Origin: Candidatus Latescibacterota bacterium
GTDB taxonomy: Bacteria; Latescibacterota; UBA2968; UBA8231
Assembly: GCA_965197905.1 (NCBI GenBank)
Contig: CBDAOB010000001.1
Location: 131,332 to 195,331, forward strand
Direction: 5' to 3'
DNA length: 64,000 nucleotides
How positions within the stretch are numbered: position 1 is the first letter of the stretch; each line of letters begins with the position of its first letter. The notes beneath the pieces were generated by a model, which was not told the origin of the DNA, did not search any database, and saw only the letters and a list, made by a program, of their open reading frames with translations. The position numbers and the translations under genes are program-made. Below, in pieces: positions 11,137 to 20,218 of the stretch.

Positions 11137-11451
11137 TCACCTCACGATCTCGGTAATGCGCACTCCGAATTTCTCATTGACGGTGACCACCTGTCCTTTG
11201 GCGATCACCTTGCCGTTGATCAAAACGTCGGCGGGATCCGCAACGTAACGATCCAACTCGATCACGCTCTCTTCGTCGAAGTTGAGTGCCTCATCCAGCG
11301 TGATCGTCGCCCCACCAACACGCAACGTCACTGCAACCGGTACGTCATCTATCTCGGCGTGGCGACCGTTGGGTTGCACGGCGGGCCGCGACTTCGCTTT
11401 AGGTAAACGAGGTGCCTTCTTCTTGCTGCTGGTCGATTTTCTGGTAGCCAT
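11137..11451 (-). CDS. fliN: FliN flagellar switch protein
   Basis: DVPVAVTLRVG, SVIELDR, DVLINGKVIAKGQVVTVNEKFGVRITEI. Confidence 0.85.
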   Translation of the reverse strand: MATRKSTSSKKKAPRLPKAKSRPAVQPNGRHAEIDDVPVAVTLRVGGATITLDEALNFDEESVIELDRYVADPADVLINGKVIAKGQVVTVNEKFGVRITEIVR

Positions 11452-11598
11452 GGTCTGCTCCTGATACGTTTAAGTGACGCTAGCGATGGTTGATCGCGTC
11501 ACCTGTGCGTTTCGGCGATCTACCTCTGCATGTTCGGCGCTTGGGGGCTGACCCAGTTTTTGCGTATTCTCATAATATCCAATATCACTGTAGATAAA

Positions 11599-11832
11599 AT
11601 GACTAATTCAACCGAGCTGACAACAAGAGACGTACTACATCAAGTCGATCGAAGATTGACCCGCATCGAGGACGACCTCCGTTCTCTCGAGACCAAGGTC
11701 GACCATGGGTTTGGCAGACTTGACACAAAGATTGATACAGGGCTTGCCCGGTCCGACGACAAATTTCGCTGGAGTTACGGTTTGATGTTCGCCTCCTGGC
11801 TTTCCCTCATGGGCGCCATTCTGCTCAAATAG
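11599..11832 (+). CDS. small coiled-coil protein with C-terminal TM helix (DUF1640-like)
   Basis: RLTRIEDDLRSLETKVD...FRWSYGLMFASWLSLMGAILLK. Confidence 0.55.
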   Translation: MTNSTELTTRDVLHQVDRRLTRIEDDLRSLETKVDHGFGRLDTKIDTGLARSDDKFRWSYGLMFASWLSLMGAILLK

Positions 11833-11955
11833 CGTCACGACCTCTTCTTTCTCTGGAAACGATACCGTTCAGTGTGGGCAATGTCAATCAAATTGTACCA
11901 CGCCTAAGTACCACGGTATCAGCCTGTTGAGTGCCCAAATGGCGGTGGTCGCTCG

Positions 11956-11984
11956 TTGACAATCAGCGTCCTGACCATTATCGT
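11956..11984 (+). promoter_or_regulatory. sigma70 promoter of tRNA-Glu
   Basis: TTGACA-17 bp-TATCGT ending 26 bp upstream of the tRNA. Confidence 0.6.
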
Positions 11985-13618
11985 TTTTGTGGATTTCGAT
12001 GTCGAGAATTGGCCCGTTCGTCTAGAGGCCTAGGACGCCGGCCTCTCACGCCGGTAGCACGGGTTCGAATCCCGTACGGGCTACCAACTGTTACGTCTCG
12101 CTGAACCCCCGCTACAAGGTTTTCACCTTCACCGGGGAAGAAAGCGAGACGTATTTTTTGTGGTGTCCAGATGAGGCGATTGAGGCGCAATTGGATGAGG
12201 TGGCGACGTTCCTCGTCGGTGGCCTGCTGGTAGAGGTCCCCAAAGGTGGTCAGTGAGGTCGTCAGTGCCTGCGCACTGACGACCTTCTTTTTTGCCGTAT
12301 CGATTTCGTTGTCCAGCACCAGAATCTCGTCGTCGAGTTGCTCTTCTTGGGCCTCGAGTTCAACGATCTCCTTGGCCACCGATTTCGTCCGCCCCTGCTT
12401 CAACGCCTCGATTAGATGTTCGATCTGCCGTTGCACGCGACGCTGGTGGGCGCTGAGCGCACTGCGCCTTTGGGTATAATTTCCCAGCACCTCGTCGATG
12501 TCGATCATAGCCTCCTGCACCAAACGCTCGACGCTGTGATCTTGTTGGCTCAGTTCGATGAGGCGCGCGGCGACCACCTGCTCTAGGGGTCCGGCGGGGA
12601 CGTTGGCCATGGAGCAGGCATCGGGTCCCCGGCGGTTGCGGTTGGAACAGGTGTAGTAGTGATAAACCTTGCCGTGGCGCCCGGCACCGTAATAGGGGGT
12701 CATGGCAGCCCCACATTCGCCACAGCGCACCAGGCCTTTGAGCTGGTAGACATGCAGGTTTTCGGCGCGGGCCTTGGCGCCTTTGTTACTGGCAGCGATA
12801 CACTGCACCCGTTCCCACGAATCGGCGGCAATGATGGGCTCATGTTGGCCATCGTAGACGGCCCCTTTGTGGGTAATCTGTCCCTTGTAGAAGGGGTTGA
12901 GCAGAATCCGCTTGATCGACATGGTGGCAAAGGCCTTACCGGGTTGGATCTTACCGCGCCGGGAGACGTAGGATTTGCTGCGATACCCTTTGCGGTTGAT
13001 GATCTCAGCGGTGCGGCGATAGCTCTTTTCCTGGAGATAGGTCTCATAAATCAAGCTCACCAGCTGCCGTTCCTGCGGGTTTACCGTGGGGATACCCGGG
13101 TTGTTCGGATCGACATCGTAGCCGAGGATCTGGCCGCCGTTGGCCAGTCCTTTGCGCGCCCGCCAAGCCAGCTTTTGCGTGGTGCGCTCGGAGGTCTGCT
13201 CGCGCTCCAGCTCGGCAATCACTAGCAAGATCTTCATCACCGCGCGGCCGGTGGCGGTGCTGGTATCCAGGCTTTCAGCCAACGAGATAAACGAGGCACC
13301 GCGTTGCTCGAGGGTTTCCAACAGGTGGTAAAAATCCGGCAACGAGCGCGTAATGCGGTCGATCTTAGTACAGACCACCGTATCCACCTTGCCGGTGTCG
13401 ACGTCAGCTAGAAGCTTTTGATACTGCGGGCGGTCGGTATTTTTGCCCGACTGCCCTTCTTCGCGATAGCGCGCCACCACCCGCCACTCCTCGTCGCCGC
13501 TACGGCTGCGCAGTTTAACCGCATCTTGCAGCAGATCCAGCTGGGTATCCAGCGAGCCGTCTTTTACCTGGGCTTGATCGGCGGTGCTGACGCGGGCGTA
13601 GATGGCGCAACGTTTCAT
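11978..13618 (-). CDS. large serine recombinase/integrase (resolvase, recombinase and zinc-ribbon domains)
   Basis: YARVST catalytic motif, KIDRITRS, AELERE, NPFYKG, GQHEPII, LKGLVRCGECG...YYTC; GGAG RBS before ATG 13618. Confidence 0.93.
   Translation of the reverse strand: MKRCAIYARVSTADQAQVKDGSLDTQLDLLQDAVKLRSRSGDEEWRVVARYREEGQSGKNTDRPQYQKLLADVDTGKVDTVVCTKIDRITRSLPDFYHLLETLEQRGASFISLAESLDTSTATGRAVMKILLVIAELEREQTSERTTQKLAWRARKGLANGGQILGYDVDPNNPGIPTVNPQERQLVSLIYETYLQEKSYRRTAEIINRKGYRSKSYVSRRGKIQPGKAFATMSIKRILLNPFYKGQITHKGAVYDGQHEPIIAADSWERVQCIAASNKGAKARAENLHVYQLKGLVRCGECGAAMTPYYGAGRHGKVYHYYTCSNRNRRGPDACSMANVPAGPLEQVVAARLIELSQQDHSVERLVQEAMIDIDEVLGNYTQRRSALSAHQRRVQRQIEHLIEALKQGRTKSVAKEIVELEAQEEQLDDEILVLDNEIDTAKKKVVSAQALTTSLTTFGDLYQQATDEERRHLIQLRLNRLIWTPQKIRLAFFPGEGENLVAGVQRDVTVGSPYGIRTRATGVRGRRPRPLDERANSRHRNPQKR
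12011..12086 (+). tRNA. tRNA-Glu(CTC)
   Basis: Full cloverleaf: acceptor GGCCCGT/ACGGGCT, anticodon stem CCGGC-CTCTCAC-GCCGG, GGTTCGAATCC, encoded CCA. Confidence 0.95.
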
Positions 13619-13689
13619 ACCTTGATCTCCACCGTTCCTGTAATTCCCTTGCCATCGCCTTGACGTAGACGATGGCAAGGGAAGGTTTC

Positions 13690-13869
13690 TCAGTTAGACG
13701 CCGAGGGATCGTTGACCCGGCGCAGGAGCACCCGACGTGCCAGCTCGCGAAAGGCCTGGTCACGCTGGGCTTGGTCGACTTCGGCGTATGGATTACCCGG
13801 GTTCGCTACGTCCGGAGGATCGATCGCCACCGCTATTTTCTCCCAATCAATGGGCGTCTTCGCCGCCAT
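13690..13869 (-). CDS. 59-aa protein upstream of the recombinase (absent from the ORF track)
   Basis: AAGGAG RBS; MAAKTPIDWEKIAVAIDPPDVANPGNPYAEVDQAQRDQAFRELARRVLLRRVNDPSASN*. Confidence 0.6.
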   Translation of the reverse strand: MAAKTPIDWEKIAVAIDPPDVANPGNPYAEVDQAQRDQAFRELARRVLLRRVNDPSASN

Positions 13870-14381
13870 TGCATCGCTCCTTAGGAGCAGTGCAATGGGG
13901 GGTGAAAGGGATACTCAACATCTGAAACTTTCCTTTCGGCTTGCGCCGCGTTCCTGCAGCTTCCTACCCTCCCGCCAACAGGTCCGGCAGCTCACCCGTC
14001 TGTCGGGCAAGGATGCACTGTGGATCCGGCTCCCAGGCGGCCTGTGTTGCAACTACCGATGCTAGCTACAGCCTCGTCTCACCTCTGTACTCGCTTTTCA
14101 TATTCTAGCGTTCTGACCTCGGCGCTACGTCCTCTTTATCTACCTCCGCCTCGTCTCGGTGATCTGACCTCGACTGGCCTACGTCGCACCCAGAGAACAC
14201 AAAACGCTGCTGCTCGAGGCGCATAGATCCCCCCGGCAAGCAAGCTATCGCCGTGTGGGAGGACGCTAATTCGCTACGAGCAGCAGCGTCAACTGCTCAT
14301 GTCATGCCCGCCGTGTTGGCGACGGGTCTCTCTACTCAGCTGGCGCAACCACCAGCACTTATCTTACAAAAGGCTTAGTCC

Positions 14382-14410
14382 ATTATAGTGAACGCGCGCG
14401 AAGGTGTCAA
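14382..14410 (-). promoter_or_regulatory. consensus sigma70 promoter facing the recombinase unit
   Basis: Minus strand TTGACA-ccttcgcgcgcgttcac (17 bp)-TATAAT. Confidence 0.75.
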
Positions 14411-14952
14411 GCTGCTGCGCCGGATAGTGGCAAGGTGGCCAAACACCGGAGAGGTTAGGTTGGCCACCTTGGGTCCTGAGCCAGTGCCCACAATGGCTTG
14501 GACGAGAATAACGCCGACAGGGTCCAGGTCTCCAACGAGATCTGGGAGTGGCGGCGAGTGTTTTCGCCAATACAGCGTGCATACGACCTTCAGCGCCCAA
14601 AACAGGTTCGGGGCGACGATCCGCTACGAGCTCGACACGTGGATCTATAACAGCGCCACCCACAAGGATCACTGGAAACGATTCAAGCTAAGCATTGTTG
14701 ATCCAGCGTTACGTTGTGGAGACCGCAACCGTGTCCTGTTTGACGCGGATCCAGCAGATGCCCAAAAAGCCACGGCGTGCCACCATGCCCGCCGATTGGA
14801 CCCCGGGATCCACGAAGTAGCAGTTAAGACCCCACACCGCCAGCCCGCCCGATTCATGACCACAACGAATCGCCGCGGCATTACGGTATGAGGTTGGAAG
14901 GCGGTTAATAGTGGAATGTTGGTCCCGGGGCGAGGGCGGGGACCAATATTTC

Positions 14953-15053
14953 TCAAGTTTTCACGCCAGCCGTCGATTTCTCTAGGTGGACGCACCGTCC
15001 AACCTTGGGGCTCCCTGTCGAGTACCACTCCGGTACTCGACAGGGATTTTTTT
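14953..15053 (+). ncRNA. putative sigma28-type promoter plus ~70-nt small RNA with intrinsic terminator, copy 1
   Basis: TCAA-N15-GTCGAT; hairpin GGTGGACG/CGTCCAACC; terminator CCCTGTCGAGTACC/GGTACTCGACAGGG followed by a T7 run. Confidence 0.5.
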
Positions 15054-15064
15054 ACCACAAGGTG

Positions 15065-15247
15065 TTATTCTCCGCCCACCACTCGCTTACCTCGTGCGCA
15101 GTCCGCATCGCGGGCTGCAAGGGTCACCTGCCAGGTGAAGTCCTTCGACAGCGAGCAACCGATGTTGTAGTAACAATCGCCGTCCTCGCCGCATCCGCCT
15201 AATACGGCCAGGAACGCCACCATTAGCGTGCCGAATATCCACTTCAT
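15065..15247 (-). pseudogene. internally deleted paralogue of the 15902-16303 lipoprotein
   Basis: MKWIFGTLMVAFLAVLGGC joined directly to EDGDCYY...WQVTLAARDADCARGK. Confidence 0.65.
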
Positions 15248-15322
15248 TATAATCCTCCTTGGAAGAGCTGAAGCGCCTGGGGACATTCTCTGGCGCGGCA
15301 GAGGATCTGTAGCCACCCCCGA

Positions 15323-15669
15323 TCAGACCACGAGTTTCCGAATTGATTCCAGCAACTCCTCCGCACTAAATGGCTTCTCCAAGCTACCCTGCGCACCCAG
15401 CTCCTGCACCGCGCCAGGATCAACCCCGCCAAAGTTGCCACTCATAATCGGGACCGTGAGTCCGCTGTTCCTGACCTCCTGAATGAGCTTCTCGCCCCTC
15501 ATCGGCATGTTCAAATCAGTGATAATCAAATCCATCTACTCGTAAGACCGCTGTCCAGCGCCGGCACCGCGTCGTCAAACGTGACAGGGTCATAGCCCTC
15601 GTTCCTCAATAGGGCAGATAAACTCCGCCTGACAAACGGGTCGTCTTCAACGATTGCGATCCTTTTCAT
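15323..15669 (-). pseudogene. stand-alone response regulator receiver, frameshifted near 15540
   Basis: MKRIAIVEDDPFVRR... then DLIITDLNMP...LEKPFSAEELL in another frame. Confidence 0.75.
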
Positions 15670-15901
15670 CTCGCGGTGCTAAAGCGATGGAGTGATTTCG
15701 GGGGCGGTGTCCCAACCATTTTGGCCATCAATCTTGAAGGTCGCTAGGGTCGAAAGAATCCTACCGGGGATCGACCAGGTCCAGAGTGCCGATCCAACGC
15801 TTAGACGCTTCATGAACATGTCTCCAGGGAATGGCTTACGTGGACACCGGAGCTGATGACGAGTCCGGATACCAGCTCACGGCCATATCGTCTCATCGCA
15901 G

Positions 15902-16303
15902 CTACTTGCCGCTGCCTGTCACCAACTTACCTCGTGCGCAGTCCGCGTCACGGGAGGCAAGCGTAACCTGCCAGGCGGAGTCCTTCGACAGGCTCCGTCC
16001 AACGTCGTAATAGCAATCACCATCCTCGTCCGCCACTCGTAGGTCGTATTTGCCCGAAATGAGATCAATCTGCTTCGACTGGCCAAACTCCAATATCTCC
16101 GTTGCGCCCAAACGATCATCTCCCCAGATGGCGCTGCCGGCAGGAGAAACGTGGACCGTGACTATGTTCCATGTGGCGCCTTCATTGGTCAGCCTATTTT
16201 CAACGGTCAGGGTCACCGTCTTCGAAGACGCCGGATTGTCATCGCCGCAGCCGATTGCGACAGCCAGAAACGCCACCATCAAAATACTGCGCAGCCACTT
16301 CAT
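15902..16303 (-). CDS. lipoprotein of unknown function
   Basis: Lipobox AIGC; VHVSPAGSAIWGDDRLG, GKYDLRVADEDGDC; GGAGG RBS. Confidence 0.75.
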   Translation of the reverse strand: MKWLRSILMVAFLAVAIGCGDDNPASSKTVTLTVENRLTNEGATWNIVTVHVSPAGSAIWGDDRLGATEILEFGQSKQIDLISGKYDLRVADEDGDCYYDVGRSLSKDSAWQVTLASRDADCARGKLVTGSGK

Positions 16304-16641
16304 ATTTTCCTCCGTGGAAAAGCAGCAAAGCCTCTAAGACAACCGTGTCGAGCGCGTCCTCAAGTGCCTTCACTGCGGTGAAGAGCAGGTTGTTGGAGAT
16401 CGCCAATGAGGTCCGTACTTACTGAGGTAGGCTATTCCGACTTCCATCCACCAACACCTTCGCCTCGTACCAGAACGGCCCACAGCAACAGCACGATCGA
16501 CATTTTTTTTACATTTTAATACTCAAACTACTCGAGAGGACAATATAATTACTTCCAGTATGTATTGCAATAACATCGCACTTAAAGGACGTAGAGTCTT
16601 CCAAACGTTCGCTCATAGATTTGCGTATAGGAGGCATTGTT

Positions 16642-17013
16642 ATGGGCGAACAGCCAGATACAGAGGCACTTAAGAAGGCCTTTGGGCAAAGACTTCGAGC
16701 GCTTCGCAAGAAAGTCGGATTAAGCCAAATGGCGCTTGGAGAGCGTGCGGGGTTGGACTACAACTACTGCGGACAAGTGGAGAGAGGCGAAAGAAACATC
16801 TCACTGGAGGCGATGGGCAAGTTGGCCCAAGGCTTGAACATTGAAACAGTTGAGCTATTCTACTTTTCGGTTGACCATTCTTCCCTCCTCAACCCTCAGC
16901 TTGTGCAGATCTTAACAGACTTGGAGAGCGAGGATGAGGGATTCTTGAATAGAGTGCGAGACGTAATTGAGGTTCTTTTGCGTTGGAAAAGGAGCGCACC
17001 GAACTGGCGGTGA
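16642..17013 (+). CDS. XRE-family HTH regulator
   Basis: FGQRLRALRKKVGLSQMALGERAGLDYNYCGQVERGERNISL; GGAGG RBS. Confidence 0.88.
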   Translation: MGEQPDTEALKKAFGQRLRALRKKVGLSQMALGERAGLDYNYCGQVERGERNISLEAMGKLAQGLNIETVELFYFSVDHSSLLNPQLVQILTDLESEDEGFLNRVRDVIEVLLRWKRSAPNWR

Positions 17014-17629
17014 AGGTTGGAACAAACCGATGTGGTATTCCAGGCCCCACTTATGCCGCCAGAACAGAAGTCCCGATACCCCATTGCTCAAAGCCCTTAT
17101 AAATGCAGCTGCTCTGGTGTCGGGGCGTGGTGGTGTTTTTGTGCGGCATGGCGTTGGTGCATGGCTCCCTCGCTTGACATCTCCAATGGGTCCGGGCTCG
17201 AAGTTATCTTAAGCTATTAATAGTCAATGGGTTAAGTGCAATGGAGGTTAACGATCAGAGAGCCATCGGACCGTCTCATCACGCTAACTGCGAAACGAAC
17301 CCATTTGGCAGAACTTCAATGTTGAGTGCAACCGGATTATCTACAAGGAGTTACGACGAAGAGAGCCGCTCGGCCTGGCAAGGGAGGTGAGATACACGCT
17401 GCGAAAAATCGTAATTATCGCACGGAAGGGCGGTGACAACACAATGAAAACTCAGAACCTACGAATTGCGCTGGCGACCACTTCGGAGCGTTATGCCAGA
17501 TGAATCCTACTCAGCGACCATTCCCTATGATCGCGAGGGAATGACCATCCAAAGCGATTGCATGGGGAGACAGCGCCGGCAATGCAGGGCAAAACGCTAT
17601 GGAGGCCAAGCGACGGAGGCGATGCTAAA

Positions 17630-18010
17630 ATGGCCGACCTGCTGGTCATAGATCCGAATCGAATGGTGCGCAGGGTGCTCGTGAGATCCCTGCAAGAAGG
17701 CGGGCACAGCGTTCGAGAAGCCAGTTCCTCAGAGGAGGCCCTGAAAGCAGCTGAACAGGAAAATACGGACATAGTTTTCATTGATCCGCACGAGGAAGAG
17801 ACGAAGATACAATCCCTGACCAAGCTCCTAATTCATTATAAGTTGATAGGAATGATCGTCGTTACCGGGTTTGGGTTCACCAGCCAAACCGAAGCAAGCG
17901 TGCCAAGTCATGGAAGCATTCGTACCGTCCAAAAGCCGTTCAGCTCAGAGGAAATCATGGAACTCGTGGAAGAGCTGATGCGGCGAACCGGCGAGATGCC
18001 CATCCTGTAG
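17630..18010 (+). CDS. atypical stand-alone receiver domain protein
   Basis: LLVIDPN...DIVFID...IVVTG...QKPFSSEEI. Confidence 0.72.
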   Translation: MADLLVIDPNRMVRRVLVRSLQEGGHSVREASSSEEALKAAEQENTDIVFIDPHEEETKIQSLTKLLIHYKLIGMIVVTGFGFTSQTEASVPSHGSIRTVQKPFSSEEIMELVEELMRRTGEMPIL

Positions 18011-18645
18011 CATGAAAGAGAGCGAAAAGAGCCTTCGCTGATGCCTCGTCGCTTGGCGACGGCGCGCAGGTTCCATCCATTCCACATACGGAGTTTTTGC
18101 TTGGCACATGTCGATTTTGTCCGGTAGACGTTCCGCCGTAAGCGCGAGATTCTCTTTCTCCAGGGCCCAAACGCGAAACTTCCAAGGCAATATCACTTGT
18201 TCCCCCGTTCGTGTATTAAGGGAACATGTGCCTTAGGGATGTGTCTGCTAGGTTTGAATCTTTCAAGTTTTGCTCGTAGGCATGATTCCAGGAGAAACCG
18301 CTCTTGGGGTTTCTTTTGATCAGCGTCGATCTTTGAAGAGAAGGCGACCAGCTCTCGTAGCCCCCGGACCCCTGCCAAAAGAAGAACAGTGGGCCAGGGC
18401 CCTTTTGTCCGACGCAATGCCCTAGCCATTAGCATTACAAGGACTAATCTATTTTACACGAACAATCTTTCAAATTCGAGACGCTGTCCACGGTGATACC
18501 CCTCCACCTGACCCAACAACGGTGCTGGGCTTGTGGAGGTGAGGCTTCGTTGGGCTAGTCCCGTCCTTGGGTGCAGCTTCCGCGACTACACATCTACGCC
18601 CGCCTGACGACGATACCTAGAGCTGAGGTTGGGGCACCAATTTAC

Positions 18646-18749
18646 TCAAGGTTTCGGATGGGCGGTCGATTTCTGTAGATGGACGCAATGTCCAATCTTC
18701 TTGGGGCTCCCTGTCGAGTGCCGCACGGGTATTCGACAGGGATTTTTTT
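18646..18749 (+). ncRNA. putative sigma28-type promoter plus small RNA, copy 2
   Basis: TCAA-N15-GTCGAT; hairpin GATGGACG/TGTCCAATC; same terminator with pairing-preserving changes. Confidence 0.5.
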
Positions 18750-18830
18750 GGTGGGCGATTACTCGCTGCCCACCACGATCTTACCTCGTGCGCAGCTCGC
18801 GCGGCACGGCGCTTTAACGGTCAGTGACGA

Positions 18831-19157
18831 ATGGAAGGGCGTCGGTTTGTGAATGCCTTCACTTTCCCAGTTAGCAAGCTCTTTGCCAATGACTATCTTC
18901 TTACGTTGAGCCCGCCACACGCAGTGGAGGAAAGTTTGCCGGTCGCAGAGCATGTTCCCAACGAGTGTCCCAGGTGCGGTAGCAGCAGCCTGGGTTTTCG
19001 TGTCATGCCGGAAAAAGGGCACGCGCTCCTGTGGTGCCAGTGTCGATGGCAATGCAACTGGGTGCACAGTGTCCGATTGTCCCTTCCGGTGCTGGACGAT
19101 TTGCGAGGGAGGTTTAGCTCCGGGGCGCTCCCTTTCAAACAAGGGAGCTGCGATTAA
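18831..19157 (+). CDS. possible small zinc-ribbon protein
   Basis: CPRCGS...WCQCRWQC. Confidence 0.35.
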   Translation: MEGRRFVNAFTFPVSKLFANDYLLTLSPPHAVEESLPVAEHVPNECPRCGSSSLGFRVMPEKGHALLWCQCRWQCNWVHSVRLSLPVLDDLRGRFSSGALPFKQGSCD

Positions 19158-19164
19158 CTGAACA

Positions 19165-19190
19165 TGGCTCCGGCGGTAGGACTCGAACCT
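19165..19190 (-). mobile_element. tRNA 3' remnant (Asn-like); att scar
   Basis: Minus strand AGGTTCGAGTCCTACCGCCGGAGCCA gives T-arm, acceptor 3' strand and CCA; no 5' half. Confidence 0.7.
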
Positions 19191-19499
19191 GTCGACAACG
19201 AATCTACAAGTGCCGCACAATCCCGCACAAACACAGCACAAACCACGCATTCATTGGACTTCCGCGATTCCCAAAACTCCGTCCGACAGCAGAACTCCGC
19301 ACAATCAAAGCACTCTCAGAGCACATTTCCGCAAAAAAAACGTGGGATATGCGTGGGAAAGAATTTGGCACTGGAGACGGTCGTCGAGGCATGGGACCTA
19401 CTGCCACCTGAAGTCCAAACGGAAATACTCAAGCTAGTTGACAAGTGGTTGGGTCAGGAGAAGCGCTGTGCATCGTGACCTGACATTAGTTCCGTCTAA

Positions 19500-19760
19500 G
19501 CCCTCGCGCCCGCTTCCTTCATCCGCTCGATTTCCCCGTGCCCTTTCGTACGTGCCCACGCCAGCGGGGTCGCCCACGGCAGATCGTCGGCCAGGTTAGT
19601 CTTGGTGCCCCTTTCCAGCAATAACTCCACCCGCCTCCTTTCGGCCCCATCTCGCCGCCCAACTGAGCGGAGTGGAGTGATACTCCTCGTCTTTCGTTGA
19701 GGTTCGCACCCGCTTCGACAAAGAGTCTCATCGTTTTTGGGTGCGGTTTGTAGACGCTAA
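19500..19760 (-). pseudogene. ankyrin-repeat protein remnant
   Basis: Frames give EAGANLNER and LEKGTKTNLADDLPWATPLAWARTKGHGEI. Confidence 0.55.
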
Positions 19761-19827
19761 AATCGGATCCGTGCTGAATACTGCCAATGGCGAGTCGATG
19801 TAGGGTGTATAGCTGTGAATTGGGGCC

Positions 19828-19870
19828 CAGCTCGGTGGGAATCGAACCTGCAGGCAACTGATTAAAAGTC
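19828..19870 (-). mobile_element. degenerate tRNA-Lys(TTT) 3' half; att scar
   Basis: Minus strand GACTTTTAATCAGTTGCCTGCAGGTTCGATTCCCACCGAGCT, starting at the anticodon arm. Confidence 0.6.
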
Positions 19871-20218
19871 CTATTCAGGGATTTTCGCAACTTCCAGCCA
19901 GAATAGGGGTTACGCTAAACGCCTGAACAAGTGCGGGGGCACGTGGGGGGGGTTATGCAGGGCGGCATACGCGCATTGACACTGTTCATCTCGAGCCGTC
20001 CTTTGTCGTCATGGACAAGTTACTGCTCTTCATCCTGCCGAGTCTGGCGATTTTGGGCTGCAGCAACGGTATCGAGGAATATAATCCGGACTGAGATCTT
20101 TCAGGGAATCGAAATGGAGGGCGTTTTCCATAAATTTTATTTATGTCACCCCGCTGATCAGCGAGGTACTTTCGGGGAGGCTAAAACACTGATGAGAAGC
20201 CTTAAACGAACTAGAGAT

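Noticed and set aside
14388..14891. 167-aa ORF containing AQNRFGATIR
   Set aside because: It may be a gene fragment, but it has no credible start or family assignment.
17185..17240. CGGGCTCGAA plus an AT-rich motif as attR of the tRNA-Glu element
   Set aside because: It resembles only the T-arm and lacks the displaced 3' end; no convincing attR was found in the window.
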